64,000 nucleotides of DNA from a bacterium (GTDB taxonomy: Bacteria; SAR324; XYD2-FULL-50-16; G965216635): contig OZ244188.1 in assembly GCA_965216635.1 (NCBI GenBank), forward strand, positions 1,472,001-1,536,000. The letters run 5' to 3'. Under the pieces are notes generated by a model. That model had not been told where the DNA came from. It made no database searches and saw only the letters and a list, made by a program, of their open reading frames with translations. The translations under genes were made by a program, and so were the position numbers. Numbering within the stretch: the first letter of the stretch is position 1; the number at the start of each line of letters is the position of its first letter. Of the stretch, positions 50,964 through 60,688 are shown one piece after another.

Positions 50964-52141
50964 TTTAATAGGTCGTTGAGCTTGTTATCCCATTCGTCAA
51001 AAAAACCTTGGGGCCAATCATCAATTCTACCATTTTCATCAATATTTAAGGGTTGGGCTATAGTTTCTAAACTCTCATATTTTTTATAAAAGTAGTAAAT
51101 TTGGCTTTCTTCTGGTTTTAATAGACCTTTTTTTACGGCTACTCTGATGGCATTCAAAAAATGATCGCTATGAGATTCTACAATTATTTGCACTCCAGCA
51201 TTGGCAGCAATAGCACAAAGTTCGGCTATTTTAGATTGTCCTGCTGGATGCAAGTGAGATTCAGGGTTTTCCAAAATCAACATTTCACCAGGGCTAGATT
51301 TTAAAATAGCTACAAGGATAGGCAAAACATAGGTGATACCAAAACCAACATTTTGAGGTATGTAATCACTTGTTCTATTTTCGCCATAAACATATTGATA
51401 GCTTAAAGAAGCAGATTGTAGCTTGTGATAAACAGTTGCAGATACTTCTATACCTTTACTAATTTCACTTAGCCAAGCAGAAACATTTTCTAGTAAATGT
51501 ATTGTTTTACTAGCTGGATGTTTTAATTTTTCTATAGGTAGAGGTTTATGTCTATTTTTCGCTAGATAGTGTGGCGTATATTCTCCTCCTATACCTAATA
51601 AGTTTTTTCTAATATGTTTTTCAGAGAGCGGATAACTGATTTTAGGATTAATTCTATCTGTACTTATATAGTGAAAATATTTTTCATCTAAAAAAAATTC
51701 AATTAATTCTTTTACAGCATTTATCTTTTTTTTGTCCATTAAGAATTTTGGTTTAAAATTTTTATCCAGCTGAGTTATCATAAAAAAATTTTGAACATAT
51801 AAACCAATACTAATAGGTTCGTTGTGCACCTCTTGGTATAAAACTTTTGTTTTATCTCCAAATGAAATATACTCGCCTTCTAAAATAAATTCTTGAAGTA
51901 GATGTTTTCTTGATTCTTCTTCATTCAATTCTTTAGAATTTTTTTGAAAACTTGAAAGAAACAAGTGATGATTGAGAAATCTTGTAATGATAACAGCGTT
52001 CTGCTTTAGCAAAAGTAGCGTTTGAATAACCGAAGATTTGCCACTACTGTTCACACCTGTTATTAGAGTAAGGTTGCTGAGTGCAATATCAATGCTTCTT
52101 AAACTTTTAAAATTTTCTATTTTTATTCTTTCAATTTTCAT
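50960..52141 (-). CDS. AAA/ABC-type ATPase with DUF3696-like tail (Menshen NsnB-like)
   Basis: IENFKS, GVNSSGKS, VGFGITY.LP, LENPESHLHP, ESHSDH, WPQGFFDEW. Confidence 0.8.
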   Translation of the reverse strand: MKIERIKIENFKSLRSIDIALSNLTLITGVNSSGKSSVIQTLLLLKQNAVIITRFLNHHLFLSSFQKNSKELNEEESRKHLLQEFILEGEYISFGDKTKVLYQEVHNEPISIGLYVQNFFMITQLDKNFKPKFLMDKKKINAVKELIEFFLDEKYFHYISTDRINPKISYPLSEKHIRKNLLGIGGEYTPHYLAKNRHKPLPIEKLKHPASKTIHLLENVSAWLSEISKGIEVSATVYHKLQSASLSYQYVYGENRTSDYIPQNVGFGITYVLPILVAILKSSPGEMLILENPESHLHPAGQSKIAELCAIAANAGVQIIVESHSDHFLNAIRVAVKKGLLKPEESQIYYFYKKYESLETIAQPLNIDENGRIDDWPQGFFDEWDNKLNDLLK

Positions 52142-53264
52142 TCAATACCTCTTGAATTAATTCTCGCATTATTTTCAACCTAATATCTATCTTTTGTCTA
52201 CCACTTGTACCTGATGTAATAGCATCTACAAAATCGCTACTTTCTTCTTGCAGTAGTTGTATGAATTTTTCTTTAAAACTTTCTTTTTTGTTTAAGAACT
52301 TATCTTTATCTTGATTTTCAATTTCACTAAAAGAAGTCGTTAAAGCATCAAATAAAGCCTGATTAAGTAAGTTAGGTTTTTCTTTATTGGCAATAGAACG
52401 GCTAAAATGGTGTTTTTCACCTAATACGGATTCAGAAAATTCTAAAGTTTCTAATAGTTTTTTTTTAAGAACATTCAATACATCTTTATTTTTGATAGAA
52501 TCTAATTGCTCCATTGCTTCATCTAAAATTCTACCCATACTGTGAAATTCTTGATAGTCTTTAATAAGCTGGAAGGCGATAAATCTTAACGCCAATTCTC
52601 TATCCTGCATTCTTTTATTAGGAAATCCAACTATTCTTGTAAAGATTTGATCTTCACATACTTCTTTCAAAAATTTCACTCCTTCGCCTTCTTGATTAAG
52701 TGCTTGGCGTGTTTCCTGTGCGTTTAATGTTATCCCACCAGTATTGATACGGTTAAAAATAGAATATCTCACTTTCTTCGGAGTTTGTGCTTCCATTTGA
52801 TAGATGATTAGTACTGTTTCGTCTATGGTTCTTTGAAATCTCCGCTCCAAATCATTATAGTTTTTTCCTTTTAAATCTATTAGAAATTCTAACCCAGTTA
52901 ATTTTAGTGCTTTATCTACAAAAAATTTTTGAATGGTAGATATTCTTTGCAACCCGTCAATGATAGCCCACTTATCAGGATTACTCACATCAAAATAAAA
53001 AACAGGTAGTGGTAGTTTTAATAAAATAGATTCTATCAAACGACTCATTTGACGGTGACTCCATAAATCTTTATTTCTTTGATATTCAGGGGCAATGATT
53101 TTCTTATGCTTGATTCTATTAATTAAAGGAGGTAGAAGAATAGTGCTATTTGTGATTTTAATATCTTTTGTTGAAAAAGGATCAATAAGATCACCAACAG
53201 CGGTTTTTTCTTCTTCTGATTCTTCGTCTAGTTCTGTATCTATTTCTATTTCTTCTCTTTGCAT
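52131..53264 (-). CDS. DUF262 (ParB-like) protein (Menshen NsnA-like)
   Basis: PEYQR..W, LIESILL.LPLP, IIDGLQR, IFNRINTGG; likely ATG at 53264. Confidence 0.8.
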   Translation of the reverse strand: MQREEIEIDTELDEESEEEKTAVGDLIDPFSTKDIKITNSTILLPPLINRIKHKKIIAPEYQRNKDLWSHRQMSRLIESILLKLPLPVFYFDVSNPDKWAIIDGLQRISTIQKFFVDKALKLTGLEFLIDLKGKNYNDLERRFQRTIDETVLIIYQMEAQTPKKVRYSIFNRINTGGITLNAQETRQALNQEGEGVKFLKEVCEDQIFTRIVGFPNKRMQDRELALRFIAFQLIKDYQEFHSMGRILDEAMEQLDSIKNKDVLNVLKKKLLETLEFSESVLGEKHHFSRSIANKEKPNLLNQALFDALTTSFSEIENQDKDKFLNKKESFKEKFIQLLQEESSDFVDAITSGTSGRQKIDIRLKIMRELIQEVLNEN

Positions 53265-53362
53265 TATTTCAAAATTTAGATAATTGTACCTTATAGTATA
53301 CAAATTTTTATATTAAAAAGCAAAAATATTCAACAAGCTAAAAAACTAAAACTAGTGTGAGA

Positions 53363-53950
53363 TTAGTCTATTTTAAAGATTTGAGTTTTTTCTAATGCAG
53401 GGTATTTCTGCTGAATTGTCTGTTTCACCTTTTTGGCTTCGTTGAGATTATAAGAGCCTACACGAACACGGTAATAGGTTTTGCCGTTAAGTTGGGTAGT
53501 AGAAATATAGGCTGGAAAAAAAGCATCTTTTAATTTCTTTTGCAGTTTTTCTGCTAGGGTTTTATTGCCGTAGGCTATCAGTTGAACTACATATTTATTT
53601 TCCGATAATAGGTTTGCATTTTGTTGAATATTTTCTTTATCAGTTTTAGAGGATACTTTCTTATCTTCTTTTTTTTCTGCTACTTTGTCTTCTTTTTTTT
53701 CTGCTACTTTGTCTTCTTTTTGAGAGAGGGATTTTTGCTTTGAAAGAAGACTTTCTGAGTCATCAATAAATTCCTTGACTTGAAGTTGTTGCTCTTTTAG
53801 CGGATTAGTCTCTATTCTTGTGCCAATTGGTTGATTCTTTCCTTGAATAAATCCTAAAAAAAAGATGGCGGAAAAAGAAACAAGGGAAAAAAAAATAAAA
53901 ACAATAAATTCTTTCCAACCAAATTCTAGTTGAAATCTACTTTCTTCCAT
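53363..53950 (-). CDS. SPOR domain protein (FtsN/DedD-like)
   Basis: N-terminal TM, linker with 24-bp duplication, YVVQL.A...YYRVRVG. Confidence 0.85.
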   Translation of the reverse strand: MEESRFQLEFGWKEFIVFIFFSLVSFSAIFFLGFIQGKNQPIGTRIETNPLKEQQLQVKEFIDDSESLLSKQKSLSQKEDKVAEKKEDKVAEKKEDKKVSSKTDKENIQQNANLLSENKYVVQLIAYGNKTLAEKLQKKLKDAFFPAYISTTQLNGKTYYRVRVGSYNLNEAKKVKQTIQQKYPALEKTQIFKID

Positions 53951-54017
53951 AGGACTATGTATATTTAGATTAAGTCAATGGTAAAACAAAGATTATGCCT
54001 AATTAAAAAGAAATATA

Positions 54018-55808
54018 CTAATGTAAAAAATGTCTAATTCCCGTCTCTACCATCGCCATATTCTTTTTATCGCACAATTGAACGATAGAGGAATCCATTC
54101 TGGATCCTGCTGGTTGCACCAGATGGCTGATTTTGTAATAGTCTGCGGCTTCTACTATATCTGGGAAAGGGAAAAAAGCATCGGATATTAAAAGGACTCC
54201 TTGTAGTTGTTTGAGATACCAGTTTTCATAACTTTCTTGGGTTTGTAAATTTTTGTATTCTCGTTCAAGATTTTCTTGCATTTTTGGCACTGCAAGTTTT
54301 ACTAGAGCATCAATACGGTTCGGTTGTCCGAAGCCTGCTCCTAAAAGTTGATAACAAGAAGGAGTGTATTCTCTTACTAGAGAAATTGCATTAGATTTAG
54401 AATTTTTACAACACATAATCCCAAAATGAACTAATGGATAAAGCGATTTTGGGAATTTTTTTTTTGTTTTGCAAATAAATTTTTTTTCTAATATATTATC
54501 TTTTTCTTGCTCTAAAACCACACCATCTAAAGAAAAAAGAGATCTTGCTGATTTTTTGTTTTGCCGCAAAAGTTGCTCAATTATTGGATATTTTAACAAA
54601 ATCGCTTGACTGTGATTTTTTAAAAGTTCTAAAGCCTTAGGTTCATAATCGGGAGCTATAAGAATTTCAAAAAATTTCTTTTTTACTTTTTGAGGTAAAT
54701 ATTTTTCTACTTGCCAACTGAAATTATAGTGCAAAATTTCCGGGCTTACCAAAAATTTCGCAAAATCTAAATTTACTTTTTTGTTGTGGGCTATGATGGA
54801 ACCAAAAGCAGAGACAGCATCTCCTTCCCATGCTTTTTGAATAGATTCTTGGGGTTGTTTGCCACTAGCTAACCCACAAGGGTTGTTGTGTTTGATAATA
54901 CTGGTAAGATAGGGAGCAGATTTTTGGGTTACAAATCCTGTGATTACTCGGATAGCAGATTGGATATCTAGGTAGTTATTGTAAGAGAGTGCTTTGCCTT
55001 GCAAAACTTCTAGCTGGGCTAATCCTTTTTTTTTTGTGGAGGATAAAGAATAAAGCCAGCCTTTTTGGTGTGGATTTTCTCCGTAGCGTAGCTTTTTTTT
55101 ATTTGTTAAAAAAATATACTTTTTCTTGTCTTTAGAAAGATAATTTGCAATTAACAGATCTAGATTTGCACATAGTTCAAAAGCCTTTGCCGCTAATTTT
55201 TTTCTCTCTGCGAGAGGTATCTCTTTTTTTTTCTGCCAAATTTGAGCTATTTTAGTATAGTCTGCAGAGTCGCAGATAGGTAGCACAAAAGGATAATTTT
55301 TAGCTGCAGCACGTAACATTGTAGGTCCTCCTATATCAATCCATTCTAGCATTTCTATGGGATGTTTTTTTGTTTTTAAGGCACTCTCAAAAGGATAAAA
55401 ATTAACGACTACCATATCTATAACTTCTATCTTTAAACTGCGAACAGAAGCCTCATCTTCTTGGGAGCGGCGAGAGAGAATTGCAGCGTAAATTTTGGAG
55501 TGTAAAGTTTTAACTCTACCGTCTAAAATTTCTTCTGTCCTTGTAAATTGGGATACAGCTGTGCAGTTGATTCCAGCCTTTTCTAAATATTGCTTTGTCC
55601 CTGCTGTGCTAATAAAATCAAAATCTTGACTCATCTGCTTTGCAAAATCCAAGATACCTGTTTTGTTAGAAAGGCTTACCAGTGCTTTTTTTCTGGTAGT
55701 CGTTATTTGGGCAGTCGTTTTTCTGGTAGTCGTTATTTGGGCAGTCGTTTTTCTGGTAGTCGTTATTTGGGCAGTCGTTTTTCTGGCAGTCGTTTTTTGG
55801 GGGGACAT
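54018..55808 (-). CDS. purH: Bifunctional AICAR transformylase/IMP cyclohydrolase
   Basis: GRVKTLH, IDIGGPTMLRAAAKN, LRYGENPHQ, KHNNPCG, SDAFFPF, RHFLH. Confidence 0.93.
   Translation of the reverse strand: MSPQKTTARKTTAQITTTRKTTAQITTTRKTTAQITTTRKKALVSLSNKTGILDFAKQMSQDFDFISTAGTKQYLEKAGINCTAVSQFTRTEEILDGRVKTLHSKIYAAILSRRSQEDEASVRSLKIEVIDMVVVNFYPFESALKTKKHPIEMLEWIDIGGPTMLRAAAKNYPFVLPICDSADYTKIAQIWQKKKEIPLAERKKLAAKAFELCANLDLLIANYLSKDKKKYIFLTNKKKLRYGENPHQKGWLYSLSSTKKKGLAQLEVLQGKALSYNNYLDIQSAIRVITGFVTQKSAPYLTSIIKHNNPCGLASGKQPQESIQKAWEGDAVSAFGSIIAHNKKVNLDFAKFLVSPEILHYNFSWQVEKYLPQKVKKKFFEILIAPDYEPKALELLKNHSQAILLKYPIIEQLLRQNKKSARSLFSLDGVVLEQEKDNILEKKFICKTKKKFPKSLYPLVHFGIMCCKNSKSNAISLVREYTPSCYQLLGAGFGQPNRIDALVKLAVPKMQENLEREYKNLQTQESYENWYLKQLQGVLLISDAFFPFPDIVEAADYYKISHLVQPAGSRMDSSIVQLCDKKNMAMVETGIRHFLH
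55688..55798 (-). repeat. 30-bp in-frame tandem repeat in the purH N-terminus
   Basis: RKTTAQITTT x3 plus partial. Confidence 0.9.
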
Positions 55809-57176
55809 TTAAGAATATCTTTGTAAAGCAACATGCTTTTTTCTTTTCTGGCTACTAAAAAATTCAGAAGTATTTCGTGCAACTAGCTCGTATAGATAGG
55901 CTTTTTTTCCTTCCTTTTTTCTTAAAATTCTACCCAATCTTTGCACCTGTTCTCGCACGGTGCTATTGCCAGAAAAAATAATAGCAATACTAGCCAAAGG
56001 AACATCTATTCCTTCGTTGAGAACGCGAGTGCTAATAAGGATATTCCATTTTCCGCTATGAAAATTTTCTAAAATTTTTTTTCTCTCACTGGTTTTAATT
56101 TCGTGCGTAATGGTAGGCAGTAGTAATTTGTTGCTTAAAAAATAGGCAGTCTTGTTGTCATTGGTGAAAATTAAAGTTCTTTCTTTTTTATGGCAGTAGA
56201 GGATTTTAATCAGCTCTATAAATTTATTTTCTGCAGTTAAAGCTGTTTGTTTTTGAATATCAAAACTCTTTAAAGCTTGTCTTCCTTTATGACTTCTGGA
56301 GCAGTGAAAAACAAAATCTTGCCAACTCTGGTTAAAGCCTACAACCCCTTTTTTAAAATCCAAGTATCTTTTTCTGTGCTCATCGTATTTTATTCTTTCT
56401 TTTGGATTCAGTTCTACATAAATGGTTTTGATTTTGTAATCAGAAAGAAAATTTCCCGATAGTTCTCTAATATCTTTTTCATAAACTATATCTCCTAAAA
56501 TATCTCTCACTATTTCTAAACGATATTCTTCTTCATCGGGGGTTGCCGTTAATCCCAATCTATAAGGTGCAATATAGGATTTTGCCATTTGCGAGTAGCT
56601 TTCAGAACCTAGATGGTGGCATTCGTCAAATACAATTAAACAAAAAGCATTGCCCAATTTTTCGTGATAGATCCTAGCAGAGTCGTAAGTGGATACTGTG
56701 ATTGCTTCTATTTCTTTACTACCCCCTCCTAGCATTCCTATTTTGCAAGATAAATATTGGGATAAATTTTTATGCCACTGAATGAGTAACTCTATAGTCG
56801 GCACAAGCACCAAAGTAGAGCGATTGATTCTTTCCATAATCATTGCAGCCAGAATGCTTTTACCAGAACCTGTAGGTAGGACAAGAACCCCCCTTTTTTT
56901 TTCGCTCCATTTTAGCATTGCTTCTTTTTGATAGCTGTAGCTTTCAAAAGGTAAGGTTAGTTTTAAAGACAATTTTTGGTAGGTTTTGATGTTATCTTTA
57001 TAATCTAGATTTTTCTGTAGTGCTAAAATTAAATCCTTATAATAATAGCCGAAACAACGGTAAGATTGAGTTCTTAAATCGTAATTGAGCCAGCTAAACC
57101 GCTCTAAGAAAGGATGTTTTTCTTTTGTATGGATTAGAATATTTCCTTTTTCAAACTTGAGGTTTAATTTTTCCAT
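55809..57176 (-). CDS. SF2 DEAH helicase (XPB/Rad25-like)
   Basis: LPTGSGKS, DECHH, GLTATP, LNEGIDVP, QRLGRILR. Confidence 0.88.
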   Translation of the reverse strand: MEKLNLKFEKGNILIHTKEKHPFLERFSWLNYDLRTQSYRCFGYYYKDLILALQKNLDYKDNIKTYQKLSLKLTLPFESYSYQKEAMLKWSEKKRGVLVLPTGSGKSILAAMIMERINRSTLVLVPTIELLIQWHKNLSQYLSCKIGMLGGGSKEIEAITVSTYDSARIYHEKLGNAFCLIVFDECHHLGSESYSQMAKSYIAPYRLGLTATPDEEEYRLEIVRDILGDIVYEKDIRELSGNFLSDYKIKTIYVELNPKERIKYDEHRKRYLDFKKGVVGFNQSWQDFVFHCSRSHKGRQALKSFDIQKQTALTAENKFIELIKILYCHKKERTLIFTNDNKTAYFLSNKLLLPTITHEIKTSERKKILENFHSGKWNILISTRVLNEGIDVPLASIAIIFSGNSTVREQVQRLGRILRKKEGKKAYLYELVARNTSEFFSSQKRKKHVALQRYS

Positions 57177-58090
57177 TTATTTTTATTTTCACAATTCCAA
57201 GCATTCAATCTTTTTGATGATGTTTTACAATAGTCTTTAGAAATATCAATACCTAAGTAGCGTCTGTTATTTTTTTTTGCTACCACACAGGTAGTGCCAA
57301 CTCCATTAAAAGGATCTAGTATTAAGTCATTCTTAAAACTAAACAATAAAATCACTCTCCTTGCCAATTCCTCAGGAAACATAGCAGGATGTCCGTATTC
57401 TTTCATTTTTCTTTCAGGGGCTATTGACCACTTCCCATAGACCCATTTTTTAAAATCATCTCCTAGTATATCTGCGTTTTCATTATTCCCTTCTTTTTTT
57501 AAATTCCCCTTACAAAATACCTCTACAAACTCCCAAGAATATTTTAAGTAAGGACTGCTAGGACTTTTCCAACTACCCCAAGCAGTGTATTTACAATTAT
57601 AATTATTTTTTTCCCAAATAATTTCACCTTTCCATATTAAGCCCGCATCCATTAAATATTTACTTATTATATGATGTGCTGGAATATAGTCGGAATACAA
57701 AGGCTGAATATTTATCACTAACCTACCGCCATAATTTAGAACCCTTACACACTCTTTAAGAATGTTATGCAGAGTATCAAAATATTCTTTCCAATGTTTT
57801 GCATCTGTTGAATCGTTGGAATAGTCCAATCCAAAATTATAAGGGGGTGAGGTAAAGACTAAATCAATGCAATTGTCTGGAAGCATTTGCAATGTTTTAA
57901 GGCTATCTTCGCAAACAATTTGATTTTCGTATTTTTTAGGTAGAGGGTTATTTTCAACAGAAAAATCATGTCCATTGACATAAAAAAATTTTTCTCTGTT
58001 TTTTTCTTTTTGTTTTCTACCTATTACCTTTCTTTCTTTGTTTAAATCTTTATGCGATAGAAAAGGAATTCTGCTAGGAGTGATACTCAT
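57164..58090 (-). CDS. Orphan site-specific DNA methyltransferase (beta class, SPPY; probably N4-cytosine)
   Basis: FTSPPYN, HPAMFP, LDPFNGVGTT. Confidence 0.85.
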   Translation of the reverse strand: MSITPSRIPFLSHKDLNKERKVIGRKQKEKNREKFFYVNGHDFSVENNPLPKKYENQIVCEDSLKTLQMLPDNCIDLVFTSPPYNFGLDYSNDSTDAKHWKEYFDTLHNILKECVRVLNYGGRLVINIQPLYSDYIPAHHIISKYLMDAGLIWKGEIIWEKNNYNCKYTAWGSWKSPSSPYLKYSWEFVEVFCKGNLKKEGNNENADILGDDFKKWVYGKWSIAPERKMKEYGHPAMFPEELARRVILLFSFKNDLILDPFNGVGTTCVVAKKNNRRYLGIDISKDYCKTSSKRLNAWNCENKNKWKN

Positions 58091-58252
58091 TTTTATAATT
58101 TTTTATTTCTCAAAATACTCCAGTATTCCTCTTGGGTAAAAAACTTTCGCTCCTTGTCTAGCTTTCCCATAATGCTAAAGTTCAAAGGTCTCTTTATGCG
58201 ATGGAAAAGGGATTCTGCTAGGAGTGATACTCATTTTTATAGTTTTTTATTT
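58047..58252. repeat. 62-bp direct repeats of the MTase 5' end flanking an element remnant
   Basis: 58047-58108 vs 58191-58252; the spacer ends in GTTCAAAGGTCTC. Confidence 0.85.
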
Positions 58253-58364
58253 TTGTTAGTAAAAATGGACAGACTAAAGTATCATTTTACAATTTTCTCG
58301 TTCAATTAAAACTAAATTCATTAATCTATTTTTGCAAAATATTTTTAAAAAGTATAGTCTTTAA

Positions 58365-58745
58365 AAGAGTCGTCTAAGGAAATCGCTTGTTTTTTTTAAA
58401 AGAAACAAGAGGAAAGTCCGAGCTGCACAGAGAAGGATGCTGGATAACTTCCAGTGAGAGTGATCTTAAGGAAAGTGCCACAGAAAATATACCGCCGATG
58501 GTTTTGTAAAAAACACAGGTAAGGGTGAAATGGTGGGGAGTTACTCTTAATGTAAGAGCCCACCGCAAAAATGGTGACATTTTTGGCAGGGTAAACCCCA
58601 TCTGCAGCAAGTTCTAACATTTTGTGATAATGGTTTCTCGCTTAACAAAAGGGTTGAACGCAGGAGTTTAGGGGTAACTCTAAACCTAGATAAATGATTT
58701 CCCTCTATTAATTAGAGACAGAACTCGGCTTAACAGGCGACTCTT
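58365..58745 (+). ncRNA. rnpB: RNase P RNA
   Basis: GAGGAAAGTCCG, GAAAGTGCCACAGAAA, GGTAAACCCC, ACAGAACTCGGCTTA; P1 pairing AAGAGTCG/CGACTCTT. Confidence 0.95.
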
Positions 58746-59348
58746 CTACCTTAAAATAGTTTTCAAATATAACTCCAATCCGTCTAAAAAAAGTTGCACT
58801 GCGATAATAATAAGCAACATACCCATCAGTTTTTCTAGGGCTTGCAGCCCGCTTTTGCCGAAAATTTTAACCAATAAAGGTGCAAATATTAATACCAAGC
58901 TAACTCCTAGCCAAGCAAGGAATAAGGCAACAGTCCATTCCCAAATAAGAGCAGGCTTAGAAGAACTAACCAGTAAAAGAAAAGCTACTGCTGAAGGACC
59001 CGCAATAAGAGGTGTTGCTAGAGGTACAATGAAAAGACCTTTTTCTTCCGAGTAATCTCCTAAAATGGGCTGATAAAAAATAACTTTTAAGGCGATTAAA
59101 AAAAGAATGATAGCTCCCGATAAACTAAAAGCTGCTGGGCTAAGTCCTAAAAAATTTAAAAATTGAGTGCCAGCATACAGAAAGGTTAACAAAATAAGAA
59201 GCGCAAAAATTAACTCACGGAATATAATTTTGCTTTGATTTTTAGGAGACTGTTTTTTGAGTATGGCGGTAAATATAGGCAGATTGCCTATAGGATCCAT
59301 AATAAAAAAAAGCGTAGCAGTAGCTTGGAAAATTTCTTGCCAATCCAT
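58746..59348 (-). CDS. MarC family membrane protein
   Basis: LFFIMDPIGN, VPLATPLIAGPS, EKLMGMLL; stop abuts the rnpB 3' end. Confidence 0.9.
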   Translation of the reverse strand: MDWQEIFQATATLFFIMDPIGNLPIFTAILKKQSPKNQSKIIFRELIFALLILLTFLYAGTQFLNFLGLSPAAFSLSGAIILFLIALKVIFYQPILGDYSEEKGLFIVPLATPLIAGPSAVAFLLLVSSSKPALIWEWTVALFLAWLGVSLVLIFAPLLVKIFGKSGLQALEKLMGMLLIIIAVQLFLDGLELYLKTILR

Positions 59349-59368
59349 AGGTTAGATTTCTTTTTGGT

Positions 59369-60628
59369 TTATTTTTTGTAGCTTTTAATTTCTTTTACAA
59401 TTTCTTTTAAATCTGCTTTTACCCATTCGTGATTGTTTTCAAATTTATTGTGTATATGCTTTTCAATCTGTCTAAAAAATGGAGTTTCAAAATTAAATTC
59501 CATTTTATATTCTCTATTAGGGTCTGAAGTTTGAAATTGGTTCAATCTTGCCTCCCAATCTTTAGCTACACCTACTTTATACTCATTAGGATAGCTAGGA
59601 TTAGAAATAACATATACAAATTTTTTATCCGTAATGTCTTCGTTTCTGTCTGTCCTTTTCGGAGGTTCTGTAAAAAAACTAACTTCTTTTTCAGGGTCAA
59701 ATAAATTCCTTTTTATTTCTTTTTTTAGTCTGGTTTTCACTAAATTATACGCTTCAATAGATACATCAATGCCTACCCATTTTCTATCTAGTTGTTCTGC
59801 TGATATACAAGTAGTGGCACAGCCGCAAAAAGGATCTAGCACTACATCTCCTTCGTTTGTACTTGCTTGTATAATTCTATGTATTAAAGCAATAGGTTTT
59901 TGTGTAGGGTAGCCTACATATTCCTTTGCATTGCCTTTGAGTGGTGGTATATATATCCAACTTTCTGGAAATTTGCCTTTACTATCTAATTTCACTTTTC
60001 CTGAAGCCACTTTAGAAGTATTAGCCGTATAGCCATCTCTACTTATACTTGACTTTGCATATTTTTGTCTGATTCTATCTGCTACAAAAGTCCATTGCTT
60101 CCCTTTAGAATACCAAAAAATTATATCGTGCACTCTGGAGAGTTGTTTTTGTTTAGGAGCTGATGGTCTGCTATAACACCAAATAATTTCATTTCTAAAA
60201 TTTTTTTCCCCAAAGACAATATCTAAAAGTAGTTTAAGATAGTGACTCATTGTAGGGTCGCAGTGTAAATAACAACTTCCTGTGTTTTTAAGAATGCGGT
60301 ATATTTCAATCAATCTAATCGCCATATAACATAAATAACAATAATTAGATTTATGTCCTATATTTTTTATTCCATTAAGAAAGTCAAATAGCTTTTCGTT
60401 ATCTTCTTTAATAGTTTCTAGCCACTCATCTTTTATATCTTCCTCTTTAAAAATATCTTTAAAACTAGCGCCTTTTGAGCTGCTTTTTATAGGTGATGTG
60501 AAAACTTTATTTTTATTAAAGGGTGGGTCAAGGTAAATTAGGTCAATGGAGTTACTATCTATCCCTTGCATTATGTCTAGATTATCGCTACAAAAGATAG
60601 TCCTATTTTTTAAAGTAGATTGTAGCAT
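59369..60628 (-). CDS. DNA adenine methyltransferase fused to GIY-YIG (T5orf172-like) domain, paralog of 43888
   Basis: IYLDPPFN, YPTQKP, LDPFCGCAT, FVYVISN...EYKVG. Confidence 0.85.
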   Translation of the reverse strand: MLQSTLKNRTIFCSDNLDIMQGIDSNSIDLIYLDPPFNKNKVFTSPIKSSSKGASFKDIFKEEDIKDEWLETIKEDNEKLFDFLNGIKNIGHKSNYCYLCYMAIRLIEIYRILKNTGSCYLHCDPTMSHYLKLLLDIVFGEKNFRNEIIWCYSRPSAPKQKQLSRVHDIIFWYSKGKQWTFVADRIRQKYAKSSISRDGYTANTSKVASGKVKLDSKGKFPESWIYIPPLKGNAKEYVGYPTQKPIALIHRIIQASTNEGDVVLDPFCGCATTCISAEQLDRKWVGIDVSIEAYNLVKTRLKKEIKRNLFDPEKEVSFFTEPPKRTDRNEDITDKKFVYVISNPSYPNEYKVGVAKDWEARLNQFQTSDPNREYKMEFNFETPFFRQIEKHIHNKFENNHEWVKADLKEIVKEIKSYKK

Positions 60629-60688
60629 TTGTTTTATTCTTTAAATAGTTTCAATTTTTAGCGAACAGGAAGACAGAATATTATTGAA

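Noticed and set aside
49899..53340. tRNA-integrated island with att duplication
   Set aside because: The operon lies on the 5' side of the tRNA; no duplicated tRNA 3' end or integrase was found.
58374..58620. Two minus-strand ORFs
   Set aside because: Antisense to RNase P RNA.
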